Positions 1-8,792 of a DNA stretch of 61,072 nucleotides are shown one piece after another. The notes under the pieces are model-generated. The model was not told the origin of the DNA. It saw only the letters and a program-made list of their open reading frames with translations, and searched no databases. Location: the IMG/VR virus record IMGVR_UViG_3300017989_000070; one strand, given 5' to 3'. The stretch is from an uncultured virus (IMG/VR IMGVR_UViG_3300017989_000070) (taxonomy: Duplodnaviria > Heunggongvirae > Uroviricota > Caudoviricetes). Position numbers and translations under genes: made by a program. Within the stretch, counting starts at the first letter, position 1, and the number at the start of each line of letters is the position of its first letter.

Positions 1-333
1 AAGAACGGCTACGTGGGCATGGGGATCGACACGCTCGGGATCGCGGACATGCTCGTCACCGAGGGGTGGATCGAGCGGTCCAAGATGGACTGGATCGCCC
101 AGTGGCTCGATGTGCCTCACCCCAAACCACACCGGGCCATCCACGACGCCAACGCGGCCCTGGAGTTCTTCCGCTGGGTCCTCGACGAGACGCGGACGAC
201 GCCCGATGTCTGGTACAAGCCCCTGCTCTGGGAGCACCCCTATGGAAGCCGCAAGCAGCGCACCGAGCGCGACCGCTGGGTCCGCGGCATCCGTGTCGAG
301 GCCGGATTCCGCCCCTACCCGGGACGCAAGTGA
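1..333 (+). CDS. DEDDh (DnaQ-like) 3'-5' exonuclease, C-terminal part; open at left edge
   Basis: Frame is open from base 1; contains IDTLGIA and ExoIII motif HRAIHDA. Confidence 0.75.
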   Translation, partial: KNGYVGMGIDTLGIADMLVTEGWIERSKMDWIAQWLDVPHPKPHRAIHDANAALEFFRWVLDETRTTPDVWYKPLLWEHPYGSRKQRTERDRWVRGIRVEAGFRPYPGRK

Positions 334-572
334 ACACCAAGCGCCTCATCGAGCGCATCGTCAGCCGCACCGGCATCCCCCACGATGACGTTCGCGCCGT
401 GCTCGACACCCTGCGAGACATCGCCGCCGAGCGCGTCGCGGTCTACGAATCCATCGTGATCCCGGGTCTTCTTCGGATCAGTTGCAAGCACACCCGCTGG
501 GGATGGAAGCTCCACTTCGCGCCCTACAAGGCGCTCGACTCCGCGGTCGGGCGGGACATCCACGAGCTATAG
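330..572 (+). CDS. HU/IHF-like DNA-binding protein (divergent)
   Basis: GTG overlaps upstream TGA; VNTKRLIERIVSRTGI..DVRAVLDTLRDIAAE..ESIVIPGL..LHFAPYKAL follows the HU fold pattern. Confidence 0.7.
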   Translation: MNTKRLIERIVSRTGIPHDDVRAVLDTLRDIAAERVAVYESIVIPGLLRISCKHTRWGWKLHFAPYKALDSAVGRDIHEL

Positions 573-1388
573 ACAGAGGAACGAGGGTGGTAGCTTGCCC
601 TGCTGCACCTGGCGTGCGAGGTAGCGGCGCTCGCCGTCCGACAGGCGCTTGCACCGGGCGTCGAAGGAGTGGCCATTCTCGATCATGACCTGAGAGATAT
701 TCTCGACTTGCTGCTCGGCGGTGGGGACTCGATCGAGACGGGCCTTCAAGGTGGTGTGCTGCTCGGCCCTGATCTGCTTCTCGGCTTCAAGGCGCTGGTT
801 CACACCCTCGATGCGCCCCCCGGTGTTCCACGCTCCACCCACGACGACGATGATGATGCCGAGGGCCGCGGTGACCATGCTGCCGAGCAACTTGCGACCG
901 CTGGACTGCACGTCCTTGATGTCCTTGTCGACCTTGTTCACAGCAGCCGCGACGTTGGTGATCATCTCGCGGCTCTTGATGCCCGCTTCCTTGTCCTGCC
1001 GCCACTCCTTGGACTCTTCCTCGTGACGGTTAATCGTCGCCTGGTTCTTGCAGTAGTGGTCGCTGCTCTCGATACCGTGGAGCCTCTCCTTGGCGTCGTT
1101 GAGGCTCTTCTCCATCTCCTCCTGGCGCGTCGCGACAGTCGTCACCTCCCGCGCCAGAGCCGGTATCTGGGCCACCGAGGCGGACTGCCTCTCGACCATC
1201 ACGCCGATCTTGAGCAGCATCTGGTCGGTGGAGTTCTCGGGGCTGATGGGCGTCGGGTCGGGGTCGACCTCGAAGTCGTCTGCGTTTCGCACCCTGGAGA
1301 AGACGCCGCCGGGCCGGGGGTCGATGTCCGAGATGCCTGAAGGGGGTGGTGCAGGAATGGGAGATCGTTCGCGGTCATCCTTTCCCAT
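567..1388 (-). CDS. coiled-coil membrane protein (single TM)
   Basis: Heptad-rich; TM segment LLGSMVTAALGIIIVVVGGAW; GGAGG RBS. Confidence 0.65.
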   Translation of the reverse strand: MGKDDRERSPIPAPPPSGISDIDPRPGGVFSRVRNADDFEVDPDPTPISPENSTDQMLLKIGVMVERQSASVAQIPALAREVTTVATRQEEMEKSLNDAKERLHGIESSDHYCKNQATINRHEEESKEWRQDKEAGIKSREMITNVAAAVNKVDKDIKDVQSSGRKLLGSMVTAALGIIIVVVGGAWNTGGRIEGVNQRLEAEKQIRAEQHTTLKARLDRVPTAEQQVENISQVMIENGHSFDARCKRLSDGERRYLARQVQQGKLPPSFLCL

Positions 1389-1635
1389 CGGATGCCTCCT
1401 TGCAGATGTCAGGTAGCGGGGTGAGCATCCCCCGGCGTGAGGTCGACGCGAGCCGACGTGACTCGTGAAGCGCAGCCAGAGCCACCCCCTGTGACTTCAC
1501 CTCTTCACGAATGAACTCGATGTCTGCCTCTAACTCGTTGAGCCTCCCCACGACGTCATTGAGCAGAGCACGGTTTTCCTTCATCCCGTCGTGCAGACGA
1601 TCGAGTGACTGGAGTATCGTCTCCGATTCGGACAC
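1375..1635 (-). CDS. small coiled-coil protein
   Basis: 86 aa, heptad pattern, overlaps the next gene. Confidence 0.55.
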   Translation of the reverse strand: MSESETILQSLDRLHDGMKENRALLNDVVGRLNELEADIEFIREEVKSQGVALAALHESRRLASTSRRGMLTPLPDICKEASDGKG

Positions 1636-1697
1636 GGGTCTATCCTATCACGTGCGAAGTTCAAACAATGGTAAACTCGCGCCGGGAGGATACAGAC

Positions 1698-2027
1698 ATG
1701 GCAGATGTGCCGGAAGAGAAGAGCTTTTTCAAGAAGACCAAGGTGCTCTACACCTTGCTCATCGTCGTGCTGGTCATGGGCGCGCTCATCGCGCTCGCGC
1801 TGACGGGGCGAGTCGAGGTCTCCAGCGAGCAGATCATCGGCTTCGGCGAGTGGGCGCTGGGGCTCCTGATCGGGGGCCACTCGGCCCAACGCGGGGTCGG
1901 CTACATCGCACAGGCTCTCGGTCGCCGGGCGCTGCCCGAACCCGCCCCCGCGAGCGTGCCCGAGCCGGAGCCCGAGCCGGAGGAGGAGCCGGAGGAGGAC
2001 GAGAAGGACGAGGAGGACGCCAAATGA
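1698..2027 (+). CDS. holin-like two-TM membrane protein with acidic tail
   Basis: GGAGGA RBS; two hydrophobic segments; EP/E-rich C-terminus; coupled to a lipoprotein gene. Confidence 0.55.
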   Translation: MADVPEEKSFFKKTKVLYTLLIVVLVMGALIALALTGRVEVSSEQIIGFGEWALGLLIGGHSAQRGVGYIAQALGRRALPEPAPASVPEPEPEPEEEPEEDEKDEEDAK

Positions 2028-2593
2028 CACGCGCCCTCCGCCCGACGCTGGTAATCGTCGCGCTCGTCGCGACCAGCGCCTGTGCCAAGCCCTGGAACAC
2101 CGCGAACACCGCGCTGGAGGCAACGGCCCAGGCCGTGGTCGCCACCGACGAGATGGTCGCCGAGAACATGACCGAGGACCACGAGGCCGCTCGCGCTCGC
2201 GTGGTCGAGGCCGCTCGCGCCGCCCTGGCCGAGTGGGAAGCCTGCGAGGCTGACGAGTCCCGTGATGACTGCGGGGACCGCCCGACCGTCGCGCAGTTCA
2301 TGGAGCAGTACGACGAGGACGAGCGCGTCCAGACCTGGGGGACGGTCACCCTCGCGCTCGAAGAGCTTCGCGAGGCGCTCATCGTGGCCCAGGCCGCGGT
2401 CGGCGTCTGGCGGGACACTCAGGAGCAGCCGGGCAACTGGTCGGTCATCTGCGAAGGTCTCGATACGACCAGGGGTGCGGTCATCCGCGCCATCGAGGCC
2501 GCAGGAGTCGAGGTGCCGGACCAGTACGAGCGCATGAGCGAGTACCTGCTCCCGGTGTGCAACCTCATCGTCAACGTCACGGCAGGAGACTGA
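2024..2593 (+). CDS. lipoprotein (possibly spanin-like)
   Basis: ATGA overlap; signal peptide with lipobox VATSAC; helical body. Confidence 0.6.
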   Translation: MTRALRPTLVIVALVATSACAKPWNTANTALEATAQAVVATDEMVAENMTEDHEAARARVVEAARAALAEWEACEADESRDDCGDRPTVAQFMEQYDEDERVQTWGTVTLALEELREALIVAQAAVGVWRDTQEQPGNWSVICEGLDTTRGAVIRAIEAAGVEVPDQYERMSEYLLPVCNLIVNVTAGD

Positions 2594-2595
2594 AG

Positions 2596-2789
2596 ATGAG
2601 CATCGTAGCAGACATCCTCGAAGTCGCGTTCGACGTGGGCAAGTTCGTGGCCCAGGCCATCAGCAGCGGTGACGAGAAGCAGTGGCGCCCCATCGCTGAG
2701 ATCCTCCCCTCGCCGCTCAAGAGCCGCGTGGAGATGGTCGCCCAGCGCGCCCAGACCCAGAAGGAACTCGAAGAAGTCCTCGGGAAGGA

Positions 2790-2793
<4 letters not shown>
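2596..2793 (+). CDS. hypothetical protein (65 aa)
   Basis: GGAG RBS; amphipathic helix; follows the lipoprotein gene. Confidence 0.6.
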
Positions 2794-3212
<419 letters not shown>

Positions 3213-3242
3213 GCTTTTCCTCTCGCGCCGATCCTACAATAT

Positions 3243-3271
3243 TTGCCAACATATGCGCGAGACGTTACGAT
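3243..3271 (+). promoter_or_regulatory. sigma70-like promoter
   Basis: TTGCCA-N17-TACGAT in a divergent intergenic gap. Confidence 0.5.
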
Positions 3272-3318
3272 GAGAACATGACGTGAGGTGCAACATGTTG
3301 GCACTCGTGACAAATCAC

Positions 3319-3534
3319 ATGGACGACAATCTTCACCTGGGTCTGCGGCTCATCCGAGTCGGGGATCAGGTCGCTTGGGAGAACATCGAGACGGGCACCC
3401 TGCACGGGACGACCTACGGCTCGGTCGACAAAGCGACCAGCGAGCTTCGCCGCCTTCACGAAGGCGCAGGAGCACAGGTCAAGTTCATGCGCGATGTCAA
3501 TCCACAGGCGTTGCCTGAACAATACGCCGCGTAG
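3319..3534 (+). CDS. hypothetical protein
   Basis: MDDNLHLG..; start uncertain (alternatives 3283 and 3295). Confidence 0.5.
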   Translation: MDDNLHLGLRLIRVGDQVAWENIETGTLHGTTYGSVDKATSELRRLHEGAGAQVKFMRDVNPQALPEQYAA

Positions 3535-3537
3535 ATG

Positions 3538-3567
3538 TTGACCGTCCTGTCGGTCCCGCCGTAGTCT
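3538..3567 (+). promoter_or_regulatory. sigma70-like promoter (leaderless J-domain gene)
   Basis: TTGACC-N18-TAGTCT, 5 nt before the GTG at 3573. Confidence 0.5.
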
Positions 3568-3572
3568 GAGGC

Positions 3573-4007
3573 GTGCCCTCGTTCCTCGACAGCATCATGG
3601 GCGTCATACGGGTCTTCGACGAGGCTTCCGGCGTCTACAGGACAGTTCTCGCCCCGGGAACGGGCACCTGTGAGCAGGACAGGATCAGGCTCCGGCAACA
3701 GAACCAGGCGCTCTTGCAGGAGCGGCAGGTGCTGGTGCAGAGGGCGGCGCGGCTCCAGGCGGCTCGGGCCGCGCAAGCTCCCGCCCCTCCACCGCCCCCG
3801 CCGCCTCCTCCGCCCGAGGTCGACCCGGATGACCCCTACTTCATCCTGGGCGTCCACGAGAAGGCGCCGGACTACGTCATCAAGGCGGCGTACAAGGCCG
3901 CAGCAAAACAGGTGCATTCCGACGCGGGAGGCACCGACAAGGACATGGCTCGCATCAACGGGGCCATGGCCGAGATAGCGAGGAGGAGGGGATGGAACAA
4001 CACGTAG
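3573..4007 (+). CDS. J-domain (DnaJ-like) protein with HSD in place of HPD
   Basis: DPYFILGV..VIKAAYKAAAKQVHSDAGG..MARINGA after a poly-Pro linker. Confidence 0.8.
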   Translation: MPSFLDSIMGVIRVFDEASGVYRTVLAPGTGTCEQDRIRLRQQNQALLQERQVLVQRAARLQAARAAQAPAPPPPPPPPPPEVDPDDPYFILGVHEKAPDYVIKAAYKAAAKQVHSDAGGTDKDMARINGAMAEIARRRGWNNT

Positions 4008-4531
4008 CAGCACACCTTGACTGGCTTCTGCGCAACAACCAGATGGACCTGGCCGAGCTTTCCCGCGACCGGCTGCAAGAGATCATCGAGGGGTTGCTCC
4101 ACGGGCAGGTGCTCACGTTCTCGGCGCTCGCCGCCGAGACCCGGCAGTCAGCGGTCATCGCGGCCCAGCGCGAGATGATCGCGGGGCTCCAGCAGCAGCT
4201 TGAGCACGCGAACAGCATCATCAGCATGGCGAACTCGACGGTCGCGGCCCTGGAGAACGAGGGGGACCTCTTCTACCGGGACCTCGTGCTGACGCTCGCC
4301 AACGTCGCCTCGGACAGCGAGAACGGCTCGTTGCAGGAGCACCTGATGACGGGAATCTGGCGCGGCGTCTCCCGGGCGATCGAGCAGGGGGACATCCCCC
4401 ACGACGAGGGCATCGGGCTCTGGTGGTCCCGGGCGGCGACGAACAACTTCGGGTTCGGGCAGGAGGAACAGGTCGATGACGGAGAAGAAGGGTCCGAGGC
4501 GTCTGCCGAAGATGATGGTGGTGGACTGTGA
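3992..4531 (+). CDS. hypothetical protein
   Basis: 179 aa, GGAGG RBS, coiled-coil segment. Confidence 0.6.
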   Translation: MEQHVAAHLDWLLRNNQMDLAELSRDRLQEIIEGLLHGQVLTFSALAAETRQSAVIAAQREMIAGLQQQLEHANSIISMANSTVAALENEGDLFYRDLVLTLANVASDSENGSLQEHLMTGIWRGVSRAIEQGDIPHDEGIGLWWSRAATNNFGFGQEEQVDDGEEGSEASAEDDGGGL

Positions 4532-4697
4532 GTGTCAGGTCTGCGGGGAAGTCTTCGAGGAGTGGATCGAGTGGGAAGAGGAGACAACGGAATGTCCCCA
4601 CTGCTCATCCCTCGTCGAAGCGACGATCCGCGGACGGGGCGTCCACGCACACAACCGCTCCGCGGCGGGTTCGGCGTCGTCGTGGACAGTCAAGTGA
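4476..4697 (+). CDS. FmdB-like zinc-ribbon protein
   Basis: CQVCGEVFEE..CPHCSS. Confidence 0.6.
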   Translation: MTEKKGPRRLPKMMVVDCECQVCGEVFEEWIEWEEETTECPHCSSLVEATIRGRGVHAHNRSAAGSASSWTVK

Positions 4698-4920
4698 AGC
4701 CAAGCTCTTCGTCCGCTCCACCGACATGGCGTTCCCCCGGCCCGGCTCGGTGCTGTTCTACGGGGGCTCCCCACTCATCGGAGACATCCTCCACCTCGAC
4801 AGCGGGTGCTACGAGGTGACCGACCGCCAGTGGCGCGAAGTGCCCGGCAGGGACTTCGAGCTTGAGGTGCTGCTGGCACCTTGGCCATGCTATGATGACC
4901 ACGATCTGGAGGTTGAATAG

Positions 4921-5166
4921 ATGGCAGGCGTCGAGAGACTGATGGTCGTGAACCACCCGCTGGCCGACAACCCCGAGGACCACAGCGGTCCGGGCATCGT
5001 TCAGCAGGGGGGTGACTTCCTGCGCAGCTTCAACATCACGCCGGAGGTTGCCGTGATTGGAGCCGGTGTCGGGCTGTTCATCGAGCCGGGGCTGCGGGGC
5101 CCCACCAAAGGGTTCATCGCCGCGAGCCTGGTGAGCATGGCGCTCAACTACTTCAACACACGTTGA
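4921..5166 (+). CDS. small membrane protein
   Basis: GGAGG RBS; two hydrophobic stretches. Confidence 0.6.
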   Translation: MAGVERLMVVNHPLADNPEDHSGPGIVQQGGDFLRSFNITPEVAVIGAGVGLFIEPGLRGPTKGFIAASLVSMALNYFNTR

Positions 5167-5202
5167 AACACACCACGCCCCTTTCCTCACGAAATCGATC
5201 AA

Positions 5203-5661
5203 TCACTCCGCCTCCTCGATCATGGGCAGGAGCCCTTCGAGCACGTCGGGGCGGATGCTGTCGGGGAGCGCGTCGGCGGTGACGGTGTAGACCCGGATGG
5301 TCTCCTCGCCGTCGAGAAGCTCTTCGATCTCGCGCTCCCGCTTGTCCTGGCCCGTCTCGGCCTTCAGCGTTTTGAGGCGCTCGTCGAACGCCGCCATGTC
5401 GGCGATGAGGTACATTTGCGTGGCAGGGTTCACGATGGGTTTGTTGTCTGCGCCCTTCCGCGCCATCTCCCGGGCGAGCGCGATGCGTGCCTGCTCGTAC
5501 TCGTCGAGCGGCTTCGCCGCGTCCCGGATGTCCTGCACGACGCGGCGCAACTTGCTACGGTTTCTCGCGAGCGCGTAGGCGAACTTGATCGGCTGGTCGC
5601 TGGCCGTGACGGCCTCGATGGCTTTCCACAGGACGAGGATCTCGCGACGGGTGCATACCAT
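5203..5661 (-). CDS. phage protein (DUF1617-like, often beside fibre genes)
   Basis: IKFAYALARN..EYEQARIALA..LLPMIEE pattern; GGAGG RBS. Confidence 0.6.
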   Translation of the reverse strand: MVCTRREILVLWKAIEAVTASDQPIKFAYALARNRSKLRRVVQDIRDAAKPLDEYEQARIALAREMARKGADNKPIVNPATQMYLIADMAAFDERLKTLKAETGQDKREREIEELLDGEETIRVYTVTADALPDSIRPDVLEGLLPMIEEAE

Positions 5662-5688
5662 GGTGTTCCCTCCTGGGAGAGGAGGCTA

Positions 5689-5979
5689 TCACGAGTTCCG
5701 CGTGAAGATATACGACTGCACCCTGTAGCCGGACGTGTCTACACCGAAGGTGCCGGGGCCGGGGTAGGACTGCCCCCCGTTGTCAATGAACGACGTAGTC
5801 CAGACCACGTACCCGCCGCCCCCGACAACCGCCGTGTCCCAGACGACGTTCTCGACAATAGCGGACACGGCACCTGCGGGAACCTCGGCCAGATAGAACA
5901 GCGCGTCGTTGTCGACAGAGTAGAAGTCCCTGTCCGCGAACAACTCGAAAACAGTATCGGAGTCGTATATCTCAGTCAT
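5689..5979 (-). CDS. small beta-rich protein (structural cluster)
   Basis: Tightly packed behind the fibre genes. Confidence 0.55.
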   Translation of the reverse strand: MTEIYDSDTVFELFADRDFYSVDNDALFYLAEVPAGAVSAIVENVVWDTAVVGGGGYVVWTTSFIDNGGQSYPGPGTFGVDTSGYRVQSYIFTRNS

Positions 5980-5986
5980 AGTTCAC

Positions 5987-7654
5987 CTACGGAAGATCGA
6001 AGCCGTTCCACTCCCAGACCCACCCGTTGGTGATATGCAGGTACTGGTCACTGTCGAACGTCGTCAGATCCGTTATGTTCGAGCGCCCTTGGTAGAGACC
6101 GACAGTGTACTTTTTGAAAGAGACTTCGTTCCCAGATCGCGCACCTCGGGAAGAGATGAACGGGATGAGGTACTCTTCACTGTTGAATGGGTTCGCGACA
6201 CATGCACCAGCCAAGGCACTGTTATTGCTAGTACCGGCGGCGTACTGCACGATGCAGCAGCTATCCGCCCAGTCGTTGTCGTCGAATGACACTCCATTGT
6301 TGAACATGTTAGTCGCGGACGCAGTCCAGACGATGGAGTCGCTCGTTACGATTGAATTCTTCTGGCCTAAGAGATCAAACTCCTTGGCGTTCTGGTTGTA
6401 GATGTTAGCCCCTGTGAATCCGGCAACCAAGCCACCATGATCCGCTCCATTCCCTTGGTAGACCACAAAGCAGAAGAAGCTGAAGTCGTCCTCCATCATC
6501 ATGAAGAAGCGGTTCGTAGCGGTGCCACTGCCCACGTACCCGCCAGACCAGGCGTGGTAGTTCCCGGTTGACCCTGCCGCATATGCGTCATCGATCTGTC
6601 GCTGCGTCGAAGGCCCCGACGCGAGGAACGTCCCCGTCTCGTAGTCGTACTCCGTATCCGAAGGAGCCGCCCACACCTTGATCGCCTTTGGGCTTGCGCC
6701 GTTGACGAGATAGTGGCGGAAGAAGATCCTCCACTTCGACGAGTGCGGCGATTCGAGCCCCCAACCAACATCCCTGAGCCAAATTTCCATGGACGTGCTC
6801 TGGGGAGCTACATTAGAAATGTCGACTACCCGGAACGGGAGGTTGCCCGTCGTGTTCGTTGTCAGCGCCCCCGTACCTGTCCGTATGTTGAGCGTGGCAA
6901 CACCGGCTGTCACGCTCGTGATCAAGTAAACGCCGGAATTCTCCGGGTTGACCGAATCATAGACGCACAGGTACTTGCCAGCATCACCGGCAACGAACGT
7001 GTAGTCCGCGCTGCTCGTAAACTCATCGTTGTTGTCGATCTCCCCGTCTGTCCCCTCGTCGAACGGGTAGGTCGCGCTGTTTTCGAAGTACGACTCGTAG
7101 ATATTGATGCCGTCGATGTAGATCGTCGATGCACCAGCCGACCCGCTGATGATCTGGAAGTACGGGGTTCCAGCAGCCGCAGTTGTGATGTCGAATGTGA
7201 TGCTCTCGTAGCCAGTCGTGGAGGGGAGGTCGCCGATCTTGGATGGTCCAGACGCACCGTCGTACCACCAAAGCTCCCAGTCCGAGCCCGAGTTCTGATA
7301 CCAGATCGTGATCGCGTAGGTGATGCTTGAGCGCATGGAAAGGAGGTTGTCGCTCTGCACACCCTCCGACGCAGCATCCGCCGAGATCTGGAGAGCTTGG
7401 GTGCCCTGCCGGATCGGAGTCGTGACTTTTGCCTTCGTGGTCGGTGTTCCGACATCGGCCCAGTTGCCGACGCCTGAAGTCTCCATGTTTGCGTCGTTGC
7501 AGTGCGTCGGGTTGTCGCCTGCGTTCCCGTCACACTCCCAGAGCCAAGACCATCCGCAGACACGGAGGAAGTGGAAGATGGCTACGCTGTACTCAGGCAT
7601 CCCCCCTTCTTGGCCGACTGTGAACCGAAGATCTCGAATGTAGTGCTTTGCCAC
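5987..7654 (-). CDS. virion fibre/spike protein with carbohydrate-binding-like domain
   Basis: 555 aa, S/T/G/N/W-rich; CBM-like segment ending IYIDGI; paralogous termini to 7656-8792. Confidence 0.65.
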   Translation of the reverse strand: MAKHYIRDLRFTVGQEGGMPEYSVAIFHFLRVCGWSWLWECDGNAGDNPTHCNDANMETSGVGNWADVGTPTTKAKVTTPIRQGTQALQISADAASEGVQSDNLLSMRSSITYAITIWYQNSGSDWELWWYDGASGPSKIGDLPSTTGYESITFDITTAAAGTPYFQIISGSAGASTIYIDGINIYESYFENSATYPFDEGTDGEIDNNDEFTSSADYTFVAGDAGKYLCVYDSVNPENSGVYLITSVTAGVATLNIRTGTGALTTNTTGNLPFRVVDISNVAPQSTSMEIWLRDVGWGLESPHSSKWRIFFRHYLVNGASPKAIKVWAAPSDTEYDYETGTFLASGPSTQRQIDDAYAAGSTGNYHAWSGGYVGSGTATNRFFMMMEDDFSFFCFVVYQGNGADHGGLVAGFTGANIYNQNAKEFDLLGQKNSIVTSDSIVWTASATNMFNNGVSFDDNDWADSCCIVQYAAGTSNNSALAGACVANPFNSEEYLIPFISSRGARSGNEVSFKKYTVGLYQGRSNITDLTTFDSDQYLHITNGWVWEWNGFDLP

Positions 7655-7655
7655 G

Positions 7656-8792
7656 TTACTGCCCCGTCTTGATCAACGGTTGATCGTTAGGCCCGTTCAT
7701 GGGAACCACGATCCCGTTGTAAAAGTGCCTATACGCGCCAGATGGATCGATCTTGCGATATGGCTCGATAAGTTGGTTTATGAAACGCAAAACAGGGCTA
7801 TTCCCCCGAAGCCAGCGGGACGTACCCATCCAGACCATTGCCCTGTAAAGCGGAACCCTGGATGGTCGCCCGTTGAGCTTCGTCGCCCATGTAACATCGA
7901 GGAGAGTCGCTGTATTGGTCGTACTCTGGTCGATCTTCGGGGTCATGAAGTACGCGATTTCCTGTGATCCCGCAGCATTCAAGCAGTAGATCGGCTCGCT
8001 ACTGATCGAACTGCCGTAGCCAGTGAGGTCGTGAACGAACCCAGGGCTGGGGTCAGAGACGGCGTCGTCAACGTCAATCTCCCCCCAGTGCATGCCCCAC
8101 CGTGCCCCATCGCTGTCCGCGAAGGCGTAGATGACCGCGTTCGGGCCGTCGAAGTAGGCGTTGACCACGATGTAGTAGTCATCGTCGTCAATGATGTAGA
8201 TGGTGTCGGAGCCGGGGACTTCCGTCGTGTCCGCAAGCTGGCCCCTGGGTCTGGCGTAGCAGTAGACACCGACGTTGTTGACGATTTTCCAACGCGCTTG
8301 ATTGTTGCCACTGGGGGCGTCCATGATCGCGAAGTCGTTGGTCGCAAGGAGGTTCAAAGTGTTCGCCACCACGATGCGGCCAGCCATGTTCGTTTCGTCC
8401 ACCCAGCCGAAGGGAGAGAAGCCGGTAGGATCGACCTTGATCGTGTTGGCGTCGATGTACTCGACAATGCGCCACATGGAGTAGTTCTGATCGTTGGTCG
8501 AGCCGCGCAGCGCGATGACCGCCTTGTCGTCCACCATTGCCTGGGTGAAGCGGCCTACGGCAGCTTGGTCGACGATCTGCCGGGGGTTCGCAGCGGCCAC
8601 GGTGAAGCCGTTCGCCCCGGCGGCCTGGTCGACGAGGATGTTGTTGGCGTTGTTCCAGTTGGTCCCGCTGACCGAATCCTCGGACCATCCGCCAACGAGG
8701 AACATCTCCCGCATGAAGAGGCCCATGATCGCCGCACCCTGGTTCGACGTGGATGCGGGGGACAGCTTGCAGTTTCGAATATGGATAGCCAT
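7656..8792 (-). CDS. virion fibre/spike protein, paralog of 5987-7654
   Basis: MAIHIRN vs MAKHYIRD; YRHFYNGIVVPMNG vs YLHITNGWVWEWNG. Confidence 0.65.
   Translation of the reverse strand: MAIHIRNCKLSPASTSNQGAAIMGLFMREMFLVGGWSEDSVSGTNWNNANNILVDQAAGANGFTVAAANPRQIVDQAAVGRFTQAMVDDKAVIALRGSTNDQNYSMWRIVEYIDANTIKVDPTGFSPFGWVDETNMAGRIVVANTLNLLATNDFAIMDAPSGNNQARWKIVNNVGVYCYARPRGQLADTTEVPGSDTIYIIDDDDYYIVVNAYFDGPNAVIYAFADSDGARWGMHWGEIDVDDAVSDPSPGFVHDLTGYGSSISSEPIYCLNAAGSQEIAYFMTPKIDQSTTNTATLLDVTWATKLNGRPSRVPLYRAMVWMGTSRWLRGNSPVLRFINQLIEPYRKIDPSGAYRHFYNGIVVPMNGPNDQPLIKTGQ

Noticed and set aside
4694..4920. Possible small gene between the Zn-ribbon and membrane protein genes
   Set aside because: Fills the gap, but I could not support a convincing start or motif.
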